Shown piece after piece: positions 29,101 through 42,000 of a stretch of DNA of 64,000 nt (within the stretch, counting starts at the first letter, position 1; each line of letters starts with the position of its first letter). A model generated the notes under the pieces. It saw only the letters and a list, made by a program, of their open reading frames with translations, ran no database searches and was not told the origin of the DNA. Source of the stretch: Pecten maximus (taxonomy: Eukaryota). Where the stretch lies: assembly GCF_902652985.1 (NCBI RefSeq), contig NC_047017.1, positions 25,234,001-25,298,000 of the forward strand, written 5' to 3'. Position numbers and translations under genes: made by a program.

Positions 29101-29637
29101 TTCACTATCGAAGCAAATTAATTATACATCGATGATATCCCAGCAGCCAAAGCGCTCATCCAGAATTGCTAGCTAGACATACATTATCTCAGCGGTAACC
29201 ATGTGTGTAATTTACACCAAAATGTCTCTTGTATAAATATGACCAGTGCTGGACGTAAACCGATGAATACATATTTTCACTTGACCTATGATTGTTAAGA
29301 GAGTTTGCTCATTTCTGAATGACGATACCTGGTTGTTGAATATAAGACAAACGTTTATAATATTGCCATTGGATATATATGGGAGTCAAATGTACAGTCG
29401 ACAACACCTCATTTAATATACATGTAATTAAAAATGGATTATGTGATATGTTTCAACAAAAAATGACAAGAAGTCATAATGCTATCTCCAAAATGTCATA
29501 TTTTTCAAAACTAAACAAAATATTTTCAGTTTATAAGATTATAAAATAAAAGTAAATAACAGCAAATTTCAAAAAGAACTTAGAATGTCTACACATAAAC
29601 TTAACATAGGAAGTGGATGATTCAGAAACATTCCACG

Positions 29638-29837
29638 NNNNNNNNNNNNNNNNNNNNNNNNNNNNNNNNNNNNNNNNNNNNNNNNNNNNNNNNNNNNNNN
29701 NNNNNNNNNNNNNNNNNNNNNNNNNNNNNNNNNNNNNNNNNNNNNNNNNNNNNNNNNNNNNNNNNNNNNNNNNNNNNNNNNNNNNNNNNNNNNNNNNNNN
29801 NNNNNNNNNNNNNNNNNNNNNNNNNNNNNNNNNNNNN
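29638..29837. other. Assembly gap (200 N)
   Basis: Run of N. Confidence 1.
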
Positions 29838-31070
29838 TTGGGATGTAATGATATAATTTTGCATTTGTAAGTTTTACCGCACACCATACTAAATCTTATG
29901 TAATCCGTATAATATTTTGATACCGAAGGGTGAATCACTCTTCACAATGTCGAATTAATGATAAATATGTCTTATCTATAAAGTAAAATCTAATTGGCCG
30001 AAAGGGCAAAGGAATCGATGATTTGAATTGAATTTGTACCGTTGAAATGGTTCTAGACAAAAATATATTATGACCAATCGATCGGTGCTCAAACACATTG
30101 GACGACAGAAAAAGATTTTTTTTTCTGACCCAGTTATTATTACTTTATAATCAACGGTATACATTACGGGTACGTCTGTCATGTCCACAATCGTTTGATA
30201 TTGAAAAGGTGAATGAAATAAAATAACAATTCTTGGCCATTTTCTTCTCAAATTGATAGGCATTACTCGTAATCCACAACGTTAACGGGACCCTGTGCAT
30301 GCTTTTCTCGCTAATTGATATGTGACTGAATTTACCATCAGAATAGCTGTGAGTTTGGAATATATATAGGCTGATACAAATATTAGAGCTATCAATACAA
30401 TTCGTGTAGAGTACTTACACACCACTGTTAATCCAAGTGACGTCATGGTATCACCAGAACAATGAAGTACACTCCGTTACTGGAAACTAAGACAGTTGAA
30501 TTTCTTGTTGGGTATAGTTACTTATATCAAGATGCCGAGGGTCTTGGTTGACTAGTCCACTCGTTTTATTCATAATTCATGAGGCACACATGTCATGCTC
30601 CATCAATTGAGTTCACGTGATGTACCTGGATCAATTCAACTCAATATGCTTTACTGATTTAAAGCTCTTCTGACAGGTAAATAAAGCATGTCTCACCATT
30701 AGGAACGTCGCTGTGTTACTGAGGGAAAATAACTTGATTAAATACAGATCATTATCATGCACTGCAAGATAACTACTTAACATTTGTAATAAGAAGGAGT
30801 AATGCATGCATAACACATCTCTGCCTGTGCCGGGCTTCGAACTAGTGACTTCTCGCTCTCAGGGCAAACATCCTATCACTATAGGCCGAAGAGAAATTCT
30901 CGCTAATCTGACCCACAGGGGCTTGACTATAATACATATATATATGGACCATCATTTGGAAAATCGTGCCAAGCCCCTGTGATCTGACCTAGTAAGGTGA
31001 TCTATACTCTAACTTTTACACATGTATGTACGTAATGGCAATTTATTTATTCATGACGAATTTGATTCTC

Positions 31071-31161
31071 GGTGGTTAGTTAGTTGGTTGGGTGGTTAGT
31101 TAGTTGGTTGGGTGTTTAGTTAGTTGGTTGGGTGGTTAGTTAGTTGGTTGGGTGGTTGGTT
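31071..31161 (+). repeat. GGTT-based 20-bp tandem repeat (GGTGGTTAGTTAGTTGGTTG)
   Basis: About 4.5 copies by direct inspection. Confidence 0.95.
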
Positions 31162-32369
31162 GACAGGTCACCTTTCACGACTGCATGTTGCTGTGAGGGG
31201 GTCGGTGGTCTAGTCTTCCTGTGTCTGTACCCCCCTCAGGTGAGTCTTGACCTATCTATCCAGTACGTCCACAGGTACAAAATAATGTTTCGGACTGCAT
31301 CGGGTGTTAACGCCATTACTAGCTGTGTTGTCGTCACTTCCGTAAAGGAAGACTGAATGGTCGTTGTGATCGCAACTTAATTTGAGTTCGGATATAAATT
31401 TCTGAGTAATGCGTGCACAACAGTTATTAAATGATGGCCAGCTATGAAGAAAAATAATTTCTGAATCGATGACACAAAGGCTTGTAGCAGTAAAGCAATG
31501 CATATTTCAGGGAGAACAGGGATTTCCTCGAGAGGGTAGGCGGTGACCTAGATTTTCGATCTTTTACTTGCTTACCTTTTAGTATTTATAAGGCCGAGGT
31601 ACGATTTTTTTTTTCAAATTAAGCATGCGACTGTAATACATTAATTTACTCGTCTATAATGAAACATTTGAATTAGAAATATCATAATCATGTCTACAAG
31701 TACCTGTGGACAAGACAGCTCCCTGGGACGGATATGACCATGACTAGGGGGTTCTTTTCGGTCCTTTGTCGAACTCCATATGCTTTGACTTCCCAACAGA
31801 GATGAAGCATTGGTTGATATGCGGACCACTTGTAAAATTTAGCGGGGCATCATGGTGTTGGTCATTTGTTTATTTGTATTCCATTGGCCAAAGTAGATAG
31901 TTTTACCTATAAACTTTCATGCCCGTCTTCACATCTAAATGGGACGCCGTTTTACTTTCTATTCCAAGTAAGTGATATCACTGAAACAATTGCATTTAAC
32001 TTTGTCCCGAATACAAATCTCTTAATAGATCATCTTAAATACAATAATATACTTACTATATTATTTTCTTCGGACGTGTGTGTTTTGAATTGGACGACCG
32101 CCAAAAAATTACCTTGTGATAGCCACATAATTCATTGAATGAGTTATTTAGTTGCTTCATTTCTTATTCTAAAAAAAAACCGCTTGTAAATTACATTCCG
32201 TATTTACAAATCGCACAAACACCATGAGTTCGTATTAATATTGAGAAAGAACAGGGGGAACACATTCCTGCACAGCTGCGATGACGTAGGTCTAGACGAC
32301 GGATGTACAATTTCTGACAGATGGTCGTCGTCAGAGAGCAGTGAAGGCAGGGTATGAATATTCTTTCTA

Positions 32370-32445
32370 ACTCCTGCCTCGGCAGGAATCGAACCCGGGT
32401 CCCCGGCGTGATAAGCCAAGGCTCTACCTCCTGAGCCAAAGTAGC
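32370..32445 (-). mobile_element. tRNA-derived SINE head / tRNA-Asp-like pseudogene
   Basis: Minus strand TTGGCTCAGGAGGTAGAGCCTTGGCTTATCACGCCGGGGACCCGGGTTCGATTCCTG has an A box, a B box and an anticodon-like stem-loop, but no good acceptor stem. Degenerate relatives near 30822-30890, 43975-44050, 57030-57100 and 59680-59750. Confidence 0.6.
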
Positions 32446-34484
32446 ATGCTCCGTCAGTTGAGTAACAGAGACTGTCGTTTACACTATGTACAAGCCACAC
32501 CGACCCGTACCTCTTATACCTCGTCTCGGATCCTTCGCATGGCCATCAAGAGTTATTTCCCTTATATTTATACTTACAAAATTTATATCATTGCTGCCTT
32601 AGACCATTTTACTACATATATTCCACACAAATAAATATCCTTATTCTTTGAACATCACGAAGAACCACATTTTAATAGAAAAAGAAACAATATGAATGAA
32701 ACTTTGTCATAAAAGATCACTGATATCATGTTTAGCATTACCACACCCATTAGATTCTAATAGACTAACAAACTATACTGTTAGTATATACAACAAATTT
32801 ACACAGTAGATATCGCTTATAAAATATAATAATAATAATACAATTTTTGGTATGGTAGACCTTGTATGCCCAACTTTTTTCGGGGCAGAAATACAGTTTC
32901 TACCATTTAAAAAAAGTAATAATAAAACAGCAGGTAGAGGATTTCAACCAGCGTCATGTGTGAAGTGTCATCACCTAGTGGTTTTCGAGTGTCTCGCATT
33001 CCTTTCCACTTCGGAGTTGGAACGTTTCACTATAATTACTTTAAAAATAAAACAACATGTTTCGGTTATTTTACGTATACATTATTGTATTTTGATCTTT
33101 CTACTATTCTCCTATTGGAGTTACTTCCCCTTGTTTTATAGCGAAAATCATCACAAAGCCATGATGTTCCATCTGAATCACGAGAATCCAAAATGAAAGT
33201 ATTATATAGGACATATGCCGTGTGTGTGTATATATATTACCCCCTTAACATTGACGGTCGTTGTGTTAAAATATATAGCGCAGAACTTTTTATATTTAAT
33301 AATCTATTTATTTATTTATTTATTTATTTATTTATTATTGATAAACCACGGTTCATCCTTAACAGTTATATGTAATCTCTCCAGACATGAACATTAATTT
33401 TCAAGAGGCATCAAAACGGCCGTATTTTCCGTATCCTGCTTGTAAATCGTCAAAAATATTATTTAATAGAACAGTTGTTTAGGTAAAGATTGCACCATTT
33501 AAACCAAATACATGTACATTGTAATCATGAATGAAAAGTCATTTTTTCACGATAGTATATGATAGAAAACTTAATCTGCTGTCCTTTTATCAAAATCCTT
33601 CAATTTCATGAACGCCGAGCCCCTCGTCTCCCGTTGGGGAGGAAGTCAATCGGGAAACTTGCACTTGATCGTAGCTATGTGAACAAAATTCTGAATCAGA
33701 CGGACTTTGAGAGTTAGTTCCCTTTGTTTTATAGACTAAGAATGTATATTTTTACTAAAATATTTTTTAAGATATCATTAACAAACAAAATAAAATTTTA
33801 AGTTTGTCAGCAATTATATGATTAATCAACTACAAAAATCCTAAATACATTTTATTTCGTTTTAATAAAAAAAAAATAGAATTACTATTTTTAACAACTT
33901 TTAACACACATTACACATTGTATATATTTAGTTGATATCATATATTTGATAAGAAGAAGTACTTTTTGATCATGTGCAGTAGGTTCTCCTGCTGCATTTC
34001 ATAACGAATTTTAATGATAGTGTTGTTATTACAGTGCAACTGAGCGTTGTTGATAGATTTTGATCTTATAAAGGTTTAGTCTGTTAACTCTTGCCGCTTG
34101 ACATTTTTCCACCCCGATGAAACAGAAATGTTTATCTGTGGAGCTGTTAATGTGTCTTTCATTTATCTACCGTGACCTCTGCACGGTGAATTTTAGTCCA
34201 TTTCCGGTAAAACAAACAAAAACGTGATCGAGTAGATGCCAACATGTGCTTTATTGCAGTTATGCCAGTGAAAATATCGATAATCCGTCATACTCGTGAA
34301 ATAAAAGTTATATTCAACGGGAAACCAATCAATATCCTCTATTTATTAATATATGAAAATAGAAGTCAAACTATTAAATACGAATATTTTTTCAAAAGAA
34401 GATTTTTAACAGTTAATTTAGTTATTGATAAGTTAATTTAAAAAAGAAATGAACCGTATTCAAAAACAGTTTTTAGTTAGATGC

Positions 34485-36410
34485 ATTCTTAAGTGTAGAT
34501 GCTACGTCTCGCGAGTGTAGCGAAATAAATTTTACGGTAGAGGAAGTCAGACAAGTTTGTAAAACTCTTCCCTGTGGAAAGGCTCCTGGCATAGACTCGT
34601 TAGTGTATGAAAATCTTATATATGCATGTGACTCTTTGTATGTCTGTCTTTGTTACTTATTTAATGCATTTGCAAAATTTGAATATGTTCCCGTTTCTCT
34701 CAAGCATAGTTTGATTTGCACGTTATATAAGGGGCATAATAAACTAAAACGAGATCCTAATAGTTATAGAGCAATCTCACTTTTACCGGTTATATTAAAG
34801 GTTTACGAGAAGCTACTTTTAGCAAGATTAGAGTCTTCCAATCTGTTTCATGTTAATCCTTTACAACATGGATTTCAAAAACAAGTTAGTAGCACAATGA
34901 CCTCATACATCGTGCAAGAAACTATTGCGTATGCAGCTGAACATAATAGTAAGTTGTTCACTTGCTTTTTGGATGCGTCAAAAGCCTTTGATTGTGTTTG
35001 GCTTGACGGTCTGTTTTTTTAAACTTTAACGTTTAGGTTTCAGTAGAACTATACATCAAAGTTTCATGTCAAATACGTTTAAGATATGCCAGGGAACCCG
35101 TCAGGACAGTATAATCTCCCATTGGCTGTATTCAGTTTATATCAACCACCTGTTGAACGATATTTGTAACTCACAGTATGCACTAACTATTTCTGATGTG
35201 AACGTTTCATGTCCTACACAAGCGGATGATATATGTCTTTTATCTCTTTCTAAACGCAACCTAGATATGCTTAAAGAGCTTTGTCACGTATACAGTTGTA
35301 AGTGGGGGTTCAAATATAACGCCTACAAATCTGTAATTGTTGTTTTTAACGAAAGACTTAATACTCGGGCACATTCTTGCCGCAGATGGTACTTGGGTAG
35401 CAATGATATTTTGGAGTCGACAAATGCTAAGCATGTTGGTATTTACTTGAATAAGTTAAAGCCAGGTCGACCTGATATTGATGAAGTTATCAACAAATTG
35501 CGTGGTCAGTGTTTTGCCCTGTTAAACTGTAATTTATTTGGTCCTAGTATAAATCCTCTTACAGGGGTTCATCTCTATCTCTCTATGGTAATTCCTAGAA
35601 GCTGTTTTGGGTGTGAGCTGTGGTGCTCGTTGTCCAATTCTGATTGGCGACGCTTGGAAGCAGTTCATCACCTTTGTGCTAAACTCATTCAGAATTTTCC
35701 CCTGAGGACCAGATCAGATATGGCTCTAGGTATGCTAGGCTTGACGTCTCTCCGTTTGTATGTAGCTCAAAGTAAGCTTCGTTTTTTGGGGGCATTGTGT
35801 AGAACCAAGGGAAACTTTGCTTCTAGGCAACTGTTTTTGTTGCGACTACATCAAAAACGCCTCGGTGTATACAAAGCCGTGGGTAAAATGTGAGCTTTAT
35901 GTGAGCTAGTGTGTGCTCGGTGCATGTGAGCTAGTGTGTGATTGGTGCAATGGCACGTATGAAGATGCAGTCGCCCATTGCCTACTAGACTGTAGGGAGT
36001 CTGTCTTATCAAACTATGGTTAATAAATATCCTGTTCATGTATATGTGTCATTCGATCAGGCTGACAGAGATGTCCAGATATGCACTTTGTTGGGTGCTC
36101 CGAGCAAATCAATTTGTGACTTATTTGAAAATGACCCGTCATTATTTGAATATTTGAAGACTGCCTTATTTTTGCAGCAAATGCTTACAAAATGACATTT
36201 CAATAATGTAATATTCAGGTAACAGTTTTGTTGTTTTTACATACTGTAATGTTTAATCCATGACGTAAATGTCATTATCACCTTATATTGATTCCTTGCA
36301 CCTATTTGTGGCCATGTTTTTGGCTTCTTCTTTTTTGATTGCGCTTCATTGTCATTTATTCTTATATTTGTACTCTTCATATTTTGGAGGAAATAAAGAA
36401 ATGAATGAAA
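34485..36410 (+). mobile_element. Degenerate 5'-truncated non-LTR retrotransposon (LINE) reverse transcriptase
   Basis: RT motifs KAPGIDSL, NSYRAISLL, QHGFQK, FLDASKAFDCV, GTRQDSIIS, QADDICLL. Broken near 35020-35066 by a stop and apparent internal deletion. 3' end AATAAAGAAATGAATGAA near 36390-36410. Confidence 0.9.
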
Positions 36411-37109
36411 GAAATATAGAAGTTTCCCTCTTAAACTTCATTTTATTCAATAATACATGGCAATATAATATATACAATATGATTTCAAAAAGGATTCAGA
36501 AACAAGTACTAAGTACTTATGTAAAGCTGTCTCCTTGTAGACATACAGTATCTATGGAACAGTACTGACAATACTATTTGGATATATATCATAGAACATT
36601 TAATTACATTTTAACATGTGCATGGAAAATAAAGAGAAAGGGTGCAGGGGATTGAAAGGGGCTGGGGATAATGCTTACGGTGAAGGTAAGACAAGCGCAG
36701 ATTTAATCGTCGAATTCCGAATATGAAGCGGGGGCATTGGGTCTGTGCATATATACACTATATATTACATTAATATGTATGTTCTTCTATGGGATTATGA
36801 TTAATACGATAATTACAGTAATGGTACTATATGTATATTGTAATGAGATATATTCGGTTCGTGGGTAAATCATGTTATTTCCCTCTAATTCAAAGTAACA
36901 TAAAGATGTATTTTGATTTAAACATACATGTCATTGTTGTATAACTTATAACAAATAACATCTTATCTTCGCCTTATCCTAACAAACAATTACATATAGA
37001 AGACTAATGATATAATGATAACATCTAGATTTCTACAATAATGTGATATGTGTAAATATCAAAATATGTTTTTAGAAATATGAAAATACGATTTATCGAA
37101 AGACGTGGT

Positions 37110-37590
37110 ATTAGTTTGGTTTAGTCCTATAAACAGCTAAGGTCTCTCCTGTGTGCGAGATGTGTGGTGAATGTGTGTGTTTTGGAAGGCTGCGGTGTAT
37201 TCGTTTTTGTGTCATTATGATAGTGCGGAACTGATGCCGACTTTATAGTGCTACCCCACTGAAGCATACTGCCGAAATCACCCAGCAGGTCACCCCACCC
37301 AGTCACATTATACTGACAACAGGCGAACCACTCGCCCCACTCCCAAAATGCTGAGCGCATAGCAGGAGTAAAAAACTGCAATATTTCGAGATACTGGTAT
37401 GTCCCGGCCAGGAGACAGAACCCAAAGCCTTCCTCACGGGGGCGAACGTTCAACTAAATGCCTGTGAGGCATTGTTAAGGAAGACATGGGAAAGAAGAAA
37501 GTTTGTTAGATCCCAAATTTAGCCGCATCTTACGATCATGCAATGGGATATCAGGAACAATATTTACTCCTTACCTGCGGGACATTTGAA
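37110..37590 (-). mobile_element. SINE-like interspersed repeat
   Basis: GC-richer block with TTTATAGTGCTACCCCACTGAAG...CACCCAGTCACATTATACTGACA, resembling mollusc SINE cores as I recall them. Its end CCTATAAACAGCTAAGGTC recurs at about 26020 and 41988. Confidence 0.55.
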
Positions 37591-38489
37591 TACAGGAGTT
37601 GTTTACTTGCGTAGCTGATTTTTCTTTTCTTTATGTAAAACGTTTATTTAAAAACCACTATTAAAATGAATCACCATATATTTGTAATATCACTTAATTT
37701 TGTTTGATAAATGCTTATCAAGTGATAGATCAAATAAAACAGAGCGTTTCGATGACATCATACACATGGCGACTTATCAGACGGTAATCTTATGTAAATA
37801 ATGTATATCAAAACAACATGCTCAGAATGAGGTTGACTTTGACCATAAACTCGCCGTACAGCGTTTTTTGGGGTTATTTTTCAATAAAGAATACTCATGT
37901 TGTTGCAGATTACACATATTTTCATTATGTACATTTTTATTTTAGTTTTAAATTATAAGAATAGAACGAGATAATGAATTGGTCTATTGATGTATTGACT
38001 GAGAACGGTAGCGTTCTCTTTACACAAAACCACTTCACAAAGTGCACTGTGGTTTGTCGGTCTACAATGTAGTGGAAAGGTTAAGGTATATCTATATAGC
38101 CATACGTGTGAAAGTTATAACAAGGGAACGTATGGTGAATATCGAACGAAATATATATCGATATACCAATTGATTATTTCGTTCAATACTCAATAAGTAG
38201 AACAAGCAGAGGATGGTCCCTTCATTTTCATTACCATTTACAAAATTTATGCCATTTGAATTCACTGCAAAATGATTGAATACTCGGGTTTTCTTTGTAA
38301 ACCTGAATGATAATACACGGCGTTTTTATCCTGATGTTTTATCATTGACAGGTGTAGATATTGTAAAGAAATGGACACAAATAAATCAGTTAAAATCAAA
38401 CATGTCATGACAGTCTTGAAAATAAATCAATAGATAAATAAATAAATAAACATAACACTGTCCTGCTAGTATCCAGAGTGAATTTTGAT

Positions 38490-38680
38490 GCGCTGTGGCC
38501 TTGTGGTAGGACACATGATGTTGTGATCGAAGGAGAGTCCTGCCACGGGTATTGTGGTTTTTTCCTTGAGCGATATACTTTATTCTCTTGTGTTTCAGGC
38601 GACTCCGCTGTAATCGAGTACTGCTAGAAATGTGGTATACAAAATATCAGCCCTGAATGGCAGCCCCGGCTGTATGTTGA
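38490..38680 (+). mobile_element. Degenerate SINE-like repeat
   Basis: GTGGCCTTGTGGTAGGAC (A-box-like) ... TTCCTTGAGCGATATACTTTATTCTC (SINE-core-like). Confidence 0.4.
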
Positions 38681-39070
38681 TAGTCAAGTCAAATTAAGTT
38701 TTATCTTCGAAAAAATTGCAATAGAAATTATTTCTGCTGTTTAATATTCAGAACACGTGTACAAACAACATATCAAAAATATTGGAAAATAGTGGTTGGG
38801 GAACATGTTTAATTTTGCTATCTAAATACAGCGCATTTGTGTATTGCGCGGTTTGCCTTTGAGGGATACCGTACACAGTAAGGGAGATAACCAAATGTTT
38901 ATTGTGTAGCAAATCACATCTCGACAGGGAGTTGACATAGCTGGTAAAGGCCCGATAACCAATGATATTGTGAACCACTTTCCGACGGCTATATACCACT
39001 GTAATAGAACCGTACGTGGAACTTCCAAATTGTATTATAACACTATTAGTTTTGAACCAAGATATCTTCA

Positions 39071-42000
39071 TCACTCGTCCGGAATGTTGGAAACAGCATT
39101 GATCCATTCGCCCAGGATAAGGTAGAACAGACCAGTTGTAGACAGAAGAATGACCGACATAAAAATCACGAAAAACAGTCTGTCTAAAATGATGGAGAGT
39201 TCTTTCCACGTTAGATCAGTCTCGTCCATGATCGTAATCAAAGCTCTTGTCGAGGAAGGGGTGGGGGATGCAGGCTCCAGCGGTATCTCGTCTTGATGCT
39301 TACTTCTTCTCCTGTTGGGTTTCTTTACTAAATCAGGCTGTTCAACTTCTTGCAGCATCACACTTACTGGTTCTGTAGACGGTGTTTCATTGACGGGGTG
39401 TATTTTTGTATCATTGAACGTAAAACAGCAACATTTGTTTTTGTAAGAAGCAATTCGTGCTAATACTTTCAAAGTCAGTCGTTTTAGCCATCCTGGCATC
39501 GGTTCGTCTTCGTCCGAGCGGAAGTAAACATTCAGCACCAATATAGTACACAGGACGCTCATGGATCCGAGACTTAGGGTCAGGGCAAGGTATAACGCTA
39601 CAGAAGACAGAAAACAGTTATAAGTTACACATTTCTTGTTATCTGTAAGTATTTCAATATAGGAATAATCTATCAAGTTTGAATGGATTCTTTTAAATCG
39701 CCACATATTGTTACCGCTACCAAGATTGATGATAAATGTTTGTCGTAGCAATGGAAACGACGACCAACACATATTTTCAATGCAAAAGGCTCCAAGAGTT
39801 TTGACTTTGTTGTCTAATGAGATAAATGCCCAAATCATTTGACCTTAACGATATTAGATGACAAAGTTGTCTATTTTTTACACCTAAATATTTACCGAAG
39901 AAATGCTTTTGGACATTATACTTATTCATTCTTAAACTGTTTATTCATTTATATATAATAATATGATATTTGATAGTGACTAGCAATACTCACACAGATA
40001 GCAGACTGTGACGGACGTGCTAGGAATATTTTCTGATATCAGCGTCAGGTACACAGTGTAAGCCAATAGTATTGTCAGCGCAAATCCGATCTTCTCTCCA
40101 GATTCGGCCGGAAGCTTGAACACCGTAGCGCTGAGGATTGCCATCAGTGCCACTGGAAACAAGGTGTTGAGGATATGAAACATTGGACGACGCCTGAGTT
40201 TGATCTGAAAGTCAAGACCGGAAAAACTCTGCCCACCTCTGGCGATAGCTTCTGGAAGAATAGTTTCTGTTGAGATAAGTTGCCATTCACCATTTGTGGA
40301 ATAAAATGTCAAATCAAATGGATTGTCCTTAAAGAGCAGGGTTATTTCGTTGGTTGTGTAAGCCCAGGCTGTCACAGTGAGGTTACACGTTTGGATGTCC
40401 ATAGGGTAGTATCTGGTGTCTGCCTCACACGCCACCTTATATATACCCGCCGGATTCCACGTGACAAGACCTCTGTTGTTGAATCTCATTGGGACGTTTT
40501 TGTCACTGATGATAGATACATCTTCAACTCTAGAAAATACAAAAATGTCGAATTCATTCACAAGAGTTTAAAAAAAAGTAGATTTATCGAACATTTATAA
40601 TCGCGATTGCGGCGAAAAGACTCCGTACGTATTTTAAGCCGTGGACAATGTATAACATATATTCATACAGCGTTCAATCGATTCCGAACAACCGACTTCT
40701 GCTTATTTGAAGAAATGCGTTTATAGTATTTACAGATAAATATGAAATAACTTTTATTCAACTCACGAGTTTTCTATGAGCAATGGAGGCCTCCAAACGT
40801 ACGTTTCCGAGCTGAACAGGAAGCGGATGTTGTCATATGTCGAGTCGGAACTCCAGTCAAGCCTTTCGTCCTGCCAGTACTGCCAAAACATTTGTGGGTA
40901 AGTTTTCATATCAGCTTTGCTCCCCGTTTATACTTTCAAATTATCTTTTTCTATTTAAAACAATACACTTGAAAATAATTTACATGTTTACTTAAATATT
41001 TATGTATCGTTTTTGTTTTTGCAGTGATGAACAGAACAATAATATCGTCATACAATAGTATATTGTTAAATAACATTTAACGGGAGAGTTTCAGTAAACT
41101 TAGTATACAGGGCGTTATCAACACGATATAATATCAAATATAGACTCGTGTTGTAGATGATATCTTGTTTTAGGATGACCAACACTTGAAGCACTAGACA
41201 AATTTACATATTGAAGAGTTGTTTGTAGATTAAAAAATAAGTTTAATATGTTGTAAACATAGCAATCTTAACAAATGAAAAAGGTTGATGTGGTTGCCCA
41301 GTTTTCAAACTGTTAATCTTAATTTTGTATCATACTTTTAGATATATTTGATACATGTGAACAGGGTGCATATAAAGCGTATATTAAAAAGATAACTTTA
41401 ATTGTAAAGGGATATTACATGTTAAAACATCTTATGTTATCACTCATCTCGAATTTGTCATGTTCCTCTTGTACGTAACAGGAATATCGTATAAATACCG
41501 GTTCAAAATCATGAATATAATATGTATAATATCCTTAGTTTTTGCGTGGTCTTGGTAATATACTATGATAAATACCTCCCATATTTTACCATTTATTAAG
41601 CGACGAAGTATTGACATATATCTCGCCCAAAGTTATTAATTACATTGTATATCTTCACATCATTATGGAACTATGTTTACAGCCAAGCCAGAGTCATGTT
41701 GAGGAGCCCCTGGTAGCAGATGGTGACTACATCACTGAACAACATACGGGAGGCCTATCGCATGCCATCTACGAGAGTAATTGGGGTAAAGCGTCTTGCC
41801 CAAGGACAAAACCACGACAGCACAGACCGGTCTGTTTCTCAGCTTCCCGAGAAATACAAACCAACATGGGCAGGGAGCGTTGAACCACGTACCTCTGATC
41901 TTCACCTGAGGTTATATGTGGCCGGCACTCTAACCGACTGAGCTTTCGCGGCGCTTTTGGTTTAATTTGGTGTATTTTGTTTTATCGCCCTATTAACAGC

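Larger units (their letters stand above)
26482..33995 (+). repeat. Dispersed array of AGAGTTACTTCCCTT-headed modules, several ending in a GC-rich hairpin (putative non-autonomous Helitron-like elements)
   Basis: Motif copies at 26482, 27258, 27813, 28397, 28633, 32549, 33117 and 33710. Hairpins at 27522-27554, 28900-28932 and 33976-33995. Confidence 0.6.

Noticed and set aside
29531-29938. ORFs spanning the N run
   Set aside because: Artefacts of translating the gap.
32370-32445. Functional tRNA gene
   Set aside because: The acceptor stem does not pair convincingly and degenerate relatives elsewhere in the window indicate a SINE-type repeat.
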